Positions 10,210 to 18,536 of a stretch of DNA of 64,000 nucleotides are shown in pieces. Under the pieces are notes generated by a model. That model was not told where the DNA came from. It saw only the letters and a list, made by a program, of their open reading frames with translations, and did no database searches. The DNA comes from an uncultured Eubacteriales bacterium. Its GTDB lineage: Bacteria > Bacillota > Clostridia > Christensenellales > Aristaeellaceae. Made by a program: the position numbers and the translations under genes. Location: assembly GCA_900318145.1 (NCBI GenBank), contig ONJM01000008.1, positions 19,388-83,387 on the forward strand, read 5' to 3'. The stretch's first letter is position 1, and each line of letters starts with the position of its first letter.

Positions 10210-11126
10210 TGTTTTATTCTGCCGTATTTAAGGCAAAAGCGCGCGCGGTCCTCCAGCAACACTGGCAGACCGCGCTGCTTATTGCGCTGATTGTCAATCT
10301 GCCTTCCCTGCTGGTGCAGGGAATCGCCGCGTTCACCAATACCGATCCGATCATCCGTCTGGAAAATCTGGTGCTGGACGCCTCCCGCAGCACAGCTGCC
10401 ATGAACGCCCTGCCGGATACAGTCCGCGCGATGCTTTCGGAAACCGGTATCCTGGTGATGGCCGGCCTTGGCATTCTCGCCTGGCTGGTAACGCCCGCCC
10501 TTTCGCTGGGCATGAATCACTGGACGCTGGACCGGATCCGCGGTGAGGAAGAACCTGTCTCCGCCGTATTCAGCCGGCTGAGCATTTTCCTGAAGGGAAT
10601 CGGCCTGCGCCTGATGATTGCGCTGAAGGTGCTGCTGTGGATGCTGCCCGGGATCGCTGTTTTCCTGGCGGGTTTAATCCCCCTCTACACGACGGATTTC
10701 GCATCCAGGGAAGCGGCTCTCTCCGCGGCGAATACCAGCCTGCTGATCATGTACGCCGCGATGATGGCCATGCTGGTGCTGGGGCTCATGGGTTACCTTC
10801 GCTACGCCCTGGCGGATTTTATTCTGGCGGATGAGCCGGAGGAGCGCGTTCTTTCCTGCCTCCGCCGCAGCCGGGAACTGATGAACGGCCGCCGCGGCGC
10901 CCTGCTCGGGCTGCTGGTCAGCTTCATTCTCTGGTATCTGCTCATCAGCATCGTTTCATCCTTTGCGGCCGGATTCGGCGGAAGTGTTTTCTCGCTGATG
11001 GTCCAGATGCTGGGCAGCCTGTTTGTAAGCGTTTATATGCTCACTTCCGAGGGTGTCTTCTATGAGGGACTGCGCACGGCGCCGGTGCAGGCGCCTCCGG
11101 CGGAGGATGCTCCCGAAATTCAGTAA
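10209..11126 (+). CDS. DUF975-like integral membrane protein
   Basis: KAKARAVL..HW N-terminus, YALADFILAD...SRELMNG motif, multiple TM helices; overlaps the PPIase stop (TGATG). Confidence 0.75.
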   Translation: MFYSAVFKAKARAVLQQHWQTALLIALIVNLPSLLVQGIAAFTNTDPIIRLENLVLDASRSTAAMNALPDTVRAMLSETGILVMAGLGILAWLVTPALSLGMNHWTLDRIRGEEEPVSAVFSRLSIFLKGIGLRLMIALKVLLWMLPGIAVFLAGLIPLYTTDFASREAALSAANTSLLIMYAAMMAMLVLGLMGYLRYALADFILADEPEERVLSCLRRSRELMNGRRGALLGLLVSFILWYLLISIVSSFAAGFGGSVFSLMVQMLGSLFVSVYMLTSEGVFYEGLRTAPVQAPPAEDAPEIQ

Positions 11127-11231
11127 ACCGCGCGGTCTGAGTCACCCGCTCCGCTTTTCGGATCATCATATGAGCTGTTTCGTAATAGTGCATTTTTTCC
11201 ATTCGAAAAATGCACTATTTTCGTATTCTCC

Positions 11232-11260
11232 TTGCCTTTTCCGGCGCCGACCGCTATAAT
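11232..11260 (+). promoter_or_regulatory. sigma-A promoter of aminotransferase/Re-citrate synthase operon
   Basis: TTGCCT-17 bp-TATAAT. Confidence 0.7.
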
Positions 11261-11301
11261 ACGGACATTCGCATGAATCCAGGACGATTGGAGGCATTTC
11301 C

Positions 11302-12501
11302 ATGGCGCTGACGATTTCCCACCGTTGTCTCAATATAACCCCTTCCCTGACGCTGCAGATTGATACCCGGGCAAAGGAAATGGCCGCTGCCGGCGTAAAC
11401 GTAATCGGTTTCGGCGCCGGAGAGCCCGATTTTCCGACCCCGCCGCATATCTGCAAAGCCGCGAAGGAAGCGCTGGATCTGGGGATGACGCGGTATACTC
11501 CCGTTCCCGGCACCATGGAGCTCCGGATGGCCATTACCCGGAAAATGGAACGCGATCACGGGCTGACTTACTCGCCGCAGGAGATTCTCGTCTCCAACGG
11601 TGCCAAGCATTCCCTTTTCACGATTTTCCAGACGATTCTGGATCCAGGGGATGAAGTGCTGATTCCCACTCCCTGCTGGGTTTCCTATCCGGAAATGGTC
11701 CGAATGGCCGGCGGCGTCCCGGTCTTTATCCCCACGAACGAAGAAAACCGCTTTATCCCCAGCAACCGGGATATCGCGTCCCATATCACCCGGCGTACAA
11801 AGGCGATTGTCATTACTTCGCCTTCCAACCCCAACGGCTCCATCTGGTCCAGGGAGCAGCTCCAGTATGTAGGCAATCTTGCCGTGGCCCATCCCTTCTA
11901 TATCGTATCGGACGAAATTTACGAAAAGCTGATCTATGACGGAAAGGAGCACCTCTCCATCGCCCAGCTCGGCGAGCAGATCAAGGCGCAGACCTTTATC
12001 GTCAACGGCGTAAGCAAAACCTTCGCCATGACCGGCTGGCGCATCGGCTACTGCGCCGCGCCGCGGCAGGAAATCGCCGCGATGAGCGCTTTCCAGTCCC
12101 AGGCCACCAGCAATGCCAACGCCATGGCGCAGCATGCTGCCGCCGTCGCGCTGGACGGGGATCAGAGCTGTGTGGATGAGATGCGGGAGCAGTTCCAGAT
12201 CCGCCGGGACACCATGGTGGACGGAATCAACCGGATTAACGGCATAAGCTGCCTGAAACCCGAGGGCGCCTTCTACGTAATGATGAACATCCGTTCCCTC
12301 CTCGGCCGCAGCTACAACGGCCGGAAGCTGGAGGATTCCATGGACTTCGCGGAGCTGCTGCTGGCGGAGAAGCACGTGGCCGTCGTACCCGGCATCGCCT
12401 TCGAGGCGGAAGGCTTCTGCCGGCTGTCCTACGCCATCTGCACCGAAAAGATCGAGGAAGGCCTTTCCCGGATCGAGGATTTCATCAAGGAGCTGAAATA
12501 A
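11302..12501 (+). CDS. Class I/II PLP aminotransferase (aspartate aminotransferase-like)
   Basis: GEPDF, SPSNPNG, SDEIY, SKTFAMTGWRIG. Confidence 0.92.
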   Translation: MALTISHRCLNITPSLTLQIDTRAKEMAAAGVNVIGFGAGEPDFPTPPHICKAAKEALDLGMTRYTPVPGTMELRMAITRKMERDHGLTYSPQEILVSNGAKHSLFTIFQTILDPGDEVLIPTPCWVSYPEMVRMAGGVPVFIPTNEENRFIPSNRDIASHITRRTKAIVITSPSNPNGSIWSREQLQYVGNLAVAHPFYIVSDEIYEKLIYDGKEHLSIAQLGEQIKAQTFIVNGVSKTFAMTGWRIGYCAAPRQEIAAMSAFQSQATSNANAMAQHAAAVALDGDQSCVDEMREQFQIRRDTMVDGINRINGISCLKPEGAFYVMMNIRSLLGRSYNGRKLEDSMDFAELLLAEKHVAVVPGIAFEAEGFCRLSYAICTEKIEEGLSRIEDFIKELK

Positions 12502-12506
12502 CGGTC

Positions 12507-12575
12507 TTCCCCGTGTCATCCTGAACCAGGCAAAGGACCAACTCCCCCGTGTCATCCTGAGCAAAGCGAAGGATC
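12507..12575 (+). repeat. Tandem pair of REP-like repeats (copies 2 and 3)
   Basis: CCCCGTGTCATCCTGAACCAGGCAAAGGACC and CCCCGTGTCATCCTGAGCAAAGCGAAGGATC. Confidence 0.75.
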
Positions 12576-12603
12576 CTATCAAAAGAGTCAGGAGCTTAAA
12601 TAG

Positions 12604-13998
12604 ATGCTGAAATTTGACCAGACCACCAATCTGCTGATGCAGTCGAAATACCACTACTCCCTCCAGGACGTGGAGGAGCCGAATCTCTACCGGGAAATCT
12701 ACGACTATTCCCACATCCCGAAGGTTGCCTTCAACATGCGGCATGTTCCCATGCGGATGCCGGATGAAATCTGGATGACCGACACCACTTTCCGGGACGG
12801 GCAGCAGTCCGTCAGTCCCTTCACGCCGGAGCAGATTCTGCATCTGTTCAGGCTCATGAGCCGCCTCGGCGGCCCGAACGGCATGATCCGCCAGAGTGAG
12901 TTCTTCCTCTATACCGCCAACGACCAGAAGGCGCTGCGGCTCTGCCAGGACGCGGATCTCCCCTTCCCGGAGATCACCGCCTGGATCCGGGCCAATGAAA
13001 AGGATTTTGAGCTGGTAAAGAAGGCCGGCGTGCCGGAAACAGGAATTCTTGTATCCTGCAGCGACTATCATATTTTCAACAAGATGCACCTGACCCGTTC
13101 CCAGGCGATGGATAAATATCTGGGCATCGTGAAATCCGCGCTGGAATACGGAATCCGTCCCCGCTGCCATTTTGAGGACATCACCCGCGCCGATTTCTAC
13201 GGCTTTGTGGTTCCCTTTGCCACCGAGCTCATGAAGCTTTCCCGGGAAAGCGGCATCCCCATCAAAATCCGCGCCTGCGATACGATGGGTTACGGCGTCA
13301 GCTATCCCGGCGCCGCCCTGCCTCGCAGCGTTCCCGGCATCATCTACGGCCTGACCCATTACGCCGAAGTGCCTTCCGCCATGCTGGAATGGCACGGCCA
13401 TAACGATTTCTATAAGGTTGTTTCCAACGCCGCCACCGCATGGCTCTACGGCTGCTCCAGCATCAACTGCAGCCTTCTGGGCATCGGGGAGCGCACCGGC
13501 AACTGCCCGCTCGAGGCGATGGCGGTCGAATATGAGTCTCTCCGGGGTGAAAGCAACGGGATGGATCTCACGGCGATCACCGAAATCGCGGATTATATGG
13601 AGCGGGAAATCGGCATCGAAATCAGTCCCCGCCAGCCGTTCGTCGGCCGCCATTTCAACGTGACCCGCGCCGGTATCCACGCGGATGGAATGCTGAAGGA
13701 TGAAGAGATTTACAACATTTTCGATACAGCCGCCATTCTGAACCGCCCCGCTTCCGTTGCCGTGGACAGCCGCGGCGGCACCGCCTCTGTGGCCCACTGG
13801 ATCAACGCCTACTTCCGTCTCACCGGCGAGCACACCATCGACAAGAACGATCCGCTGGTCCTGGAAGTCCGGAAAAATGTGGATCGGCTGTACGCGGACG
13901 GCCGCAACACCGTCATGGGCGATGAAGAGCTGGAAGTAATGGTCCGCCGTGCCGATGTGGCCCGCTACGAACGCCTGCTGTTCCATAAGAGCAAATAA
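12604..13998 (+). CDS. Re-citrate synthase (DRE-TIM family, often misannotated as 2-isopropylmalate synthase)
   Basis: TDTTFRDGQQS, RCHFEDITRADFYGFVVPF, IRACDT, EWHGHNDF, GERTGNCPLE; closely resembles Clostridium kluyveri Re-citrate synthase as I recall it; no LeuA regulatory domain. Confidence 0.85.
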   Translation: MLKFDQTTNLLMQSKYHYSLQDVEEPNLYREIYDYSHIPKVAFNMRHVPMRMPDEIWMTDTTFRDGQQSVSPFTPEQILHLFRLMSRLGGPNGMIRQSEFFLYTANDQKALRLCQDADLPFPEITAWIRANEKDFELVKKAGVPETGILVSCSDYHIFNKMHLTRSQAMDKYLGIVKSALEYGIRPRCHFEDITRADFYGFVVPFATELMKLSRESGIPIKIRACDTMGYGVSYPGAALPRSVPGIIYGLTHYAEVPSAMLEWHGHNDFYKVVSNAATAWLYGCSSINCSLLGIGERTGNCPLEAMAVEYESLRGESNGMDLTAITEIADYMEREIGIEISPRQPFVGRHFNVTRAGIHADGMLKDEEIYNIFDTAAILNRPASVAVDSRGGTASVAHWINAYFRLTGEHTIDKNDPLVLEVRKNVDRLYADGRNTVMGDEELEVMVRRADVARYERLLFHKSK

Positions 13999-14006
13999 CC
14001 GCACCG

Positions 14007-14053
14007 AAAAAAATGAGCGGCGCCGGATTCATTTCCGGCGCCGCGTTTTTCAT
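14007..14053. terminator. Intrinsic terminator
   Basis: GCGGCGCCGGA-loop-TCCGGCGCCGC stem followed by a T-run. Confidence 0.75.
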
Positions 14054-14493
14054 ATGATCAACAGCTGTCTCTGTGCCCGCCCGTCCTTTGCCGCTCCCGG
14101 GGAAACCGTATTGCCATGAGCGCCTCCGGCTGCTTCAAACAGTTCTGGTTCGGAATTCCTGTATCCTTTCAAAAGGTCTCCTCTTCAGCCGCTCACCCCC
14201 TGCATGCTTTGTAACGTTCCTTTATCCTGGCATCATTATTGCACAATATATTTCATTTGTCAACAATTTTTTAATATTTTTGTAAAATATTTTCTCGTTT
14301 TATGTCTCATTCATGCTGCAAAACATCGATATGTAACAATTTTATTATACAATTTCTTCATATCTCTTTACAAATAAGAAATACTATTGTAATATATAGA
14401 TGCATTCCTGCACACTGTCTGAAAACAGCCGGGAATGAACTGACAGAAATGACGCAACTGTGAGAATCAGGAAACTGTGAGAGGTGAAACGCT

Positions 14494-15528
14494 TTGAAGA
14501 AACGTTCAGTAAGAATCCTGTCGGTTCTTTTGATCCTCATATTCTGTATGAGCTCCGGTCTGTGCGAAACGCTCCGTTTCGGCATGGACGGAGAAAATGT
14601 CCGGACGCTGCAGCAGGCGCTGATTGACACAGGCTATCTGGCCGGCAGGGCGGACGGCATTTTCGGCGCAAAGACGGAAGCGGCTGTAATTGCCTTCCAG
14701 CGGGAAAACGGGCTGAAAGCGGACGGCCTCGCGGGGAAAAAAACGCAGGCGGCGCTGAATATCACGATCGTTGACAGCAGCCAACCCGGCTGGTTTTCCA
14801 ACGATTACAGCCTGATCAGGGATACATCGGATCCGGCCAGGATCCGGCTGCTCCAGCGCGCGCTGATCAAAATGAATTACCTGAAAGGCTCCGAGGACGG
14901 TTCTTTCGGTACGGTCACCCGCTCCGCGGTCAAAACCTTCCAGCAGTGCAATAAGCTGAAGGCGGACGGTAAGCCCGGCGAAAAAACGCTGAAGGCCATT
15001 GAAAACGCTCTGGCTTCGGGCCATAAGGCCGTCAGTCTGCTGGACGCGGAACCGCTGCCGAAGGACGCCGGAAAAATGGACGCTCCCCCGAAGAGCAGTA
15101 TTGAACTGCTCCACTGGTACGATGATATCAAGCCATCCCTGAAAAGCGGCGCGAAAGTGCTGGTATACGAACCGGTTTCCGGCCTCGCCTGGACGCTGAT
15201 GGTTCACTCCAAAGGCCGCCACTGCGATCTGGAACCGCTGACGCTGACGGATACGCAGATCATGCTGAAAGCCTTTGGCAACAAGAACACCTGGTCCCAG
15301 AAAGGCGTATACGTCCAGCTGCCGGACGGCCGCTGGACCGTCGGCGCCACGCACACCGTTCCCCATCTCACCGGGTATATTAAAAACAACGGCTTTGACG
15401 GCCATCTGTGCGTCCATTTCTTCCGGGATATGGATGAATGTGCGGAAAAGGATCCGAATTACGGCGTAAGCAACCAGCTCACCATCCGTGCGCTGTGGAA
15501 AAAAGTTTCCGGCCAGAGCGTGCAGTAA
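14494..15528 (+). CDS. Secreted protein with two peptidoglycan-binding domains and a His/Cys C-terminal catalytic-like domain
   Basis: TTG start after GAGGTG; two PG_binding_1 repeats (LQQAL..GY..ADGIFG.KT..AV..FQ..NGLKADG); C-terminal GHLCVHF. Confidence 0.82.
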   Translation: MKKRSVRILSVLLILIFCMSSGLCETLRFGMDGENVRTLQQALIDTGYLAGRADGIFGAKTEAAVIAFQRENGLKADGLAGKKTQAALNITIVDSSQPGWFSNDYSLIRDTSDPARIRLLQRALIKMNYLKGSEDGSFGTVTRSAVKTFQQCNKLKADGKPGEKTLKAIENALASGHKAVSLLDAEPLPKDAGKMDAPPKSSIELLHWYDDIKPSLKSGAKVLVYEPVSGLAWTLMVHSKGRHCDLEPLTLTDTQIMLKAFGNKNTWSQKGVYVQLPDGRWTVGATHTVPHLTGYIKNNGFDGHLCVHFFRDMDECAEKDPNYGVSNQLTIRALWKKVSGQSVQ

Positions 15529-15537
15529 ACCGCCCGC

Positions 15538-16137
15538 TCAGGCGTTCTGCAGGGCCATCAGCGCCATGCAGACCAGAAAGGTGCCGGCCAGCATCACAAT
15601 ACTGGATACCGCCATCTTCCCGCCCTTGTTGAATCCGTAAAAATCCTCCCAGCGTTTTTCAGCCGGCGCGTATATGTTTTTACGGATATACAGGAGCCCG
15701 TACAGGAAAACCGGAAGCAGTCCTGTCAGGGACTGCGTGAAAGTCATTCCCCGCCTTTCAAAAGCAGAAAAGGAAACAATTGCGAGCACCGGTGTGATCA
15801 GGTGCATCGCCAGATCGTGCGCGGTGCCGGTCAAAAGCTTTTTTTCCCAGCCTTCCCCGATGCTCGGCGCCAGGAAAAGAAACACGGTCAGCAGGGTGAC
15901 GGTCACCGCGGCTGTACCGGTGTATTTCAGCAGCCACACCCATTCCGGCACTTCCCCGGCAACGGTGAAAACAGCGGTCAGCAGGCATCCCGCCGCGCAC
16001 AGCACATTGCTCTGGCAGGTGAAAAACCGTAAAGCTGTCTTCAGCCTCTCCGGCGTCCGCCGGCCGTCCTTCCGCGAAAAGCCCGTGAGGATCGCGGCTG
16101 TAACCAGAAAGATAAACAGGTTCATCACAATATCCAT
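15538..16137 (-). CDS. Integral membrane protein (FAR-17a/AIG1-like, Pr6Pr-type)
   Basis: FFTCQSN and MHLITP motifs, final FYGF, about 6 TM helices. Confidence 0.65.
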   Translation of the reverse strand: MDIVMNLFIFLVTAAILTGFSRKDGRRTPERLKTALRFFTCQSNVLCAAGCLLTAVFTVAGEVPEWVWLLKYTGTAAVTVTLLTVFLFLAPSIGEGWEKKLLTGTAHDLAMHLITPVLAIVSFSAFERRGMTFTQSLTGLLPVFLYGLLYIRKNIYAPAEKRWEDFYGFNKGGKMAVSSIVMLAGTFLVCMALMALQNA

Positions 16138-16349
16138 TTTCCGCCTCCGGATCCGCCCGTCTGATATTCTTTTCTGATATTACCCCATCTCCCGCCAAAA
16201 TACAAACACTTCCTTCTTTTCCGGAACTTCCGCCGCGAATCCGCATGAAATGTTTGAATTATGTGTTTAAAGTGAGTATGATAAAAAAGGTCCGCTGCAG
16301 AGTTCATAAAAGCCGCGGATGATTTGCCGGATTTGTGGGGGATTTTTCA

Positions 16350-17168
16350 ATGAAAAAGTACGCTCTGCCCGTCCTGATGCTGGCGGTCTTTGAGGCGGTG
16401 GCCGTTACGCTGTGGCTGACAAAGGACAACATCTTTTATCTTTTCAATTTCAGTTACATCGGGTGCTCAATTGCGCTGGGAATGTTTCTGTATATCCGGA
16501 AAAACAAGTATGCCCGGCGGGTTGTGCAGCTGCTGGTCGGGCTGTATATGCTGGTTTACCTCGGCCTGATCTGCGGGGAAAATATGCAGATCGAAGGTTT
16601 CTGGTATTATCTGTTCACCGGCGTTTTTGAGGCTGCGACGATTCATTACGCGGTCGCGAAGATTTTCGGGCCGGTCCTTTTCGGTCGGGGCTGGTGCGGC
16701 TACGCCTGCTGGACGGCGATGGTGCTTGATTTTCTCCCCTACAGGGTGCCGGCGCGCCCCCGGAAGAAGCTGGGATGGATCCGTTATGTTACTTTTGCCC
16801 TGTCGCTGGGGTTCGTTGCCGCGCTGTTTCTGGCGCATGTCGGAAACATCGGGAGAATCATGTTCTGGGCGTTCATCGTCGGCAACGTCCTGTATTACGC
16901 CTCCGGAATCATCCTCGCGTTTGTCTTTAAGGACAACCGGGCGTTCTGCAAATATGTCTGCCCCGTTGCGGTTTTCCTGAAGCCCATGAGCTATTTTGCG
17001 GTCATGCGGATAAAATGCGACAGGGAAAAATGCATTTCATGCGGGAAATGCAAACGTGTCTGCCCGATGGACGTGGATGTCACCGACAATTCCAGGAAAC
17101 GGGAAAACGGCACCGAATGCATCCTCTGCATGGAATGCGTCAAAAACTGTCCGAAAGGCGCGCTTTAA
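16350..17168 (+). CDS. Membrane polyferredoxin, 4Fe-4S binding (NapH/MauN/YccM-like)
   Basis: GRGWCGYACW, FCKYVCP, CISCGKCKRVCP, CILCMECVKNCP; TM helices. Confidence 0.85.
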   Translation: MKKYALPVLMLAVFEAVAVTLWLTKDNIFYLFNFSYIGCSIALGMFLYIRKNKYARRVVQLLVGLYMLVYLGLICGENMQIEGFWYYLFTGVFEAATIHYAVAKIFGPVLFGRGWCGYACWTAMVLDFLPYRVPARPRKKLGWIRYVTFALSLGFVAALFLAHVGNIGRIMFWAFIVGNVLYYASGIILAFVFKDNRAFCKYVCPVAVFLKPMSYFAVMRIKCDREKCISCGKCKRVCPMDVDVTDNSRKRENGTECILCMECVKNCPKGAL

Positions 17169-17227
17169 GGACGCGCGGGCAATACAGGACAGGCAGCAAA
17201 ACCATATTAAGCCAAAGGAAACAGGAA

Positions 17228-17258
17228 TGCGGCCTCCGGACATTCTCCGAAGGCCGCA
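17228..17258. terminator. Hairpin between convergent polyferredoxin gene and tRNA
   Basis: TGCGGCCTCCGGA...TCCGAAGGCCGCA. Confidence 0.6.
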
Positions 17259-17273
17259 ACCTTTATAAAACAG

Positions 17274-17359
<86 letters not shown>

Positions 17360-17372
17360 TCGCAACGCACGG

Positions 17373-17401
17373 ATTATATCATAATCCGGAGTACTTGACA
17401 A
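17373..17401 (-). promoter_or_regulatory. sigma-A promoter of tRNA-Leu
   Basis: TTGTCA-17 bp-TATAAT on minus strand. Confidence 0.7.
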
Positions 17402-17458
17402 GGAATCAGCGGGCTGTCCGTAGAAATTTAGTGTGTTACGCATTTGGAAGGAAGTGTC

Positions 17459-18529
17459 ATGCTGATGAAGAAAATCGTCCTGACCGGCGGAGGTACCCTG
17501 GGGCATGTAACGCCCCATCTGGCGCTGATTCCGCGCCTGCGGGAAAAAGGATATGAAATCCACTATATCGGCACGGAGAACGGGATGGAGGCTCCGAAAA
17601 TGCGCGCCGTCCCCGGTGTCACCTACCATGCGGTAAAAAGCGGAAAGCTCCGCCGTTATTTCTCCTGGCAGAATTTTACCGATCCCTTCCGGGTCATCGC
17701 CGGCGCTTTCCAGTCCGCCCATCTGATGGGAAAGATTAAACCGGACGTGGTTTTTTCAAAGGGCGGTTTCGTAGCGGTTCCCGTTGTCTTCGGCGCCTGG
17801 CTGCACCGGATCCCCGTACTCTGCCACGAAAGCGACCTGACTCCCGGCCTGGCGAACAAGCTCTGTAAACCGTTCGCCCGGCGCTTCGCCACCACCTTCC
17901 CGGAATGTGCCCGCGCATTGGGCGCCAAAGCGGAAATGACCGGCACACCCCTGCGTCCGGAGCTCTTTACCGGCGTCCGGGAAAAAGGCCTCTCTCTGCT
18001 CGGTTTTGACGGAAGCAAGCCGGTCCTGCTGATGATGGGCGGTTCTTCCGGCGCGCAGAGCGTGAACGCCTGCCTCCGCAAATCTCTTCCGGCACTGACG
18101 CGGGATTTTGATATCGCGCACATCTGCGGAAAAGGCAACCTGGATGATTCCGTCGAAGGCACACCCGGCTACCGGCAGATCGAATTCCTGGACGCGGAAC
18201 TACCGGATGTGCTGGCCTGCACCGATCTCGTCCTCAGCCGTGCCGGCGCCAACGCTCTGTGTGAGTTTCAGGCCCTTGGACGTCCGATGCTGCTGATCCC
18301 CTACCCGAAAGGCGCCAGCCGGGGAGACCAGATTCTGAATGCCCAAAGCCTTGAAACGCGCGGTCTCTGCCGTGTCCTGCTGCAGGAAAACATGAATGAG
18401 GATTCCCTTATCGCGGCTGTCCGGAAAACCTGGGAAGACCGGGAAATCCTCGAAAAAGCCCTCCGGGACGCGCCGCCGGCCGACGGCACCGCCCGCGTTC
18501 TCGAAATGATCGAAGAAATACAGAAATAA
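17459..18529 (+). CDS. murG: UDP-GlcNAc:lipid I N-acetylglucosaminyltransferase
   Basis: TGGGTLGHVTP, KGGFVAVP, HESD, GGSSGA, SRAGA, RGDQ..NA. Confidence 0.95.
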   Translation: MLMKKIVLTGGGTLGHVTPHLALIPRLREKGYEIHYIGTENGMEAPKMRAVPGVTYHAVKSGKLRRYFSWQNFTDPFRVIAGAFQSAHLMGKIKPDVVFSKGGFVAVPVVFGAWLHRIPVLCHESDLTPGLANKLCKPFARRFATTFPECARALGAKAEMTGTPLRPELFTGVREKGLSLLGFDGSKPVLLMMGGSSGAQSVNACLRKSLPALTRDFDIAHICGKGNLDDSVEGTPGYRQIEFLDAELPDVLACTDLVLSRAGANALCEFQALGRPMLLIPYPKGASRGDQILNAQSLETRGLCRVLLQENMNEDSLIAAVRKTWEDREILEKALRDAPPADGTARVLEMIEEIQK

Positions 18530-18536
18530 CGCCGCC

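Noticed and set aside
12604-13998. leuA (2-isopropylmalate synthase)
   Set aside because: Motifs match Re-citrate synthase; no LeuA regulatory domain and no leuBCD neighbours.
11254-14004. 916-aa minus-strand ORF (also 519-2531, 2125-3921, 18588-20429, 22983-24923, 26363-28828, 58154-60535)
   Set aside because: All mirror well-supported genes on the opposite strand and have no recognisable domains.
14230-14400. oriC or dif site in the AT-rich patch
   Set aside because: No DnaA boxes (TTATCCACA) or XerD arm recognised; no dnaA context.
14400-14490. c-di-AMP (ydaO) riboswitch before the PG-binding gene
   Set aside because: The GCTGAATCC and GGGGTGAAT core motifs are absent.
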